In this document: positions 63,748-64,000 of the stretch, one piece after another
Layout of the letters: each line of letters begins with the position of its first letter
Numbering within the stretch: position 1 is the stretch's first letter
DNA from: Podarcis muralis
Lineage: Eukaryota
Reading direction: 5' to 3'
NCBI RefSeq assembly: GCF_964188315.1
Contig: NC_135666.1
Location: 22,940,001-23,004,000 of the forward strand
DNA: 64,000 nt
Notes under the pieces: generated by a model
Databases searched by the model: none
Told to the model about the DNA's origin: nothing
Seen by the model: the letters and a program-made list of their open reading frames with translations, nothing else
Translations under genes and position numbers: made by a program

Positions 63748-64000
63748 AGGTAAAAGGTAAAGGTAAAGGACCCCTGACAGTTAAGTCCAGTTGCAGACGA
63801 CTCTGGGGTTGTGATGCTCATCTCGCTTTACAGGCCGAGGGAGCTGGCGTTTGTCCGCAGACAGTTTTTCTGGGTTATGTGACTAGCATAACTAAGCCGC
63901 TTCTGGCGCAACGGAACACCAAAACCAGAACAGCGCACGGAAACGCCGTTTACCTTCCTACCGGAGCGGTACCTATTTATTTACTTGCACTTTTTTGGCA
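63748..64000 (-). mobile_element. Sauria-type SINE, cut by the window end
   Basis: ggtaaaaggtaaaggtaaaggacccctg...ggtacctatttatttacttgcac. Confidence 0.9.

Overview
AT-rich vertebrate genomic DNA, not a prokaryotic locus. The repeat content (seven Sauria-type SINEs, Squam-type SINEs, Bov-B/RTE, L2 and CR1 LINE fragments, a tRNA-Asn-headed SINE) points to a squamate reptile, most likely a lacertid lizard (inference). The window looks like intronic or intergenic sequence dominated by transposon relics: 5'-truncated LINEs, SINEs with target-site duplications (TSDs), three solo-LTR-like elements, Tc1/mariner-type (TA TSD) and hAT-type (8-bp TSD) MITEs, microsatellites and a 200-N assembly gap. 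I recognise no protein-coding gene. The ORF-track entries that resemble real proteins are all retrotransposon reverse-transcriptase (RT) fragments. A few splice-site-bounded candidate exons are listed as low-confidence findings only. The most solid unusual structures are a three-level nested insertion (L2 < solo LTR < Bov-B), a near-perfect 45-56 bp palindrome not explained by any repeat, a second nested hairpin element, and two visible SINE/LINE 3'-end partnerships. I find no evidence of a novel multi-gene system. Family names come from remembered consensus sequences, not from a database search.
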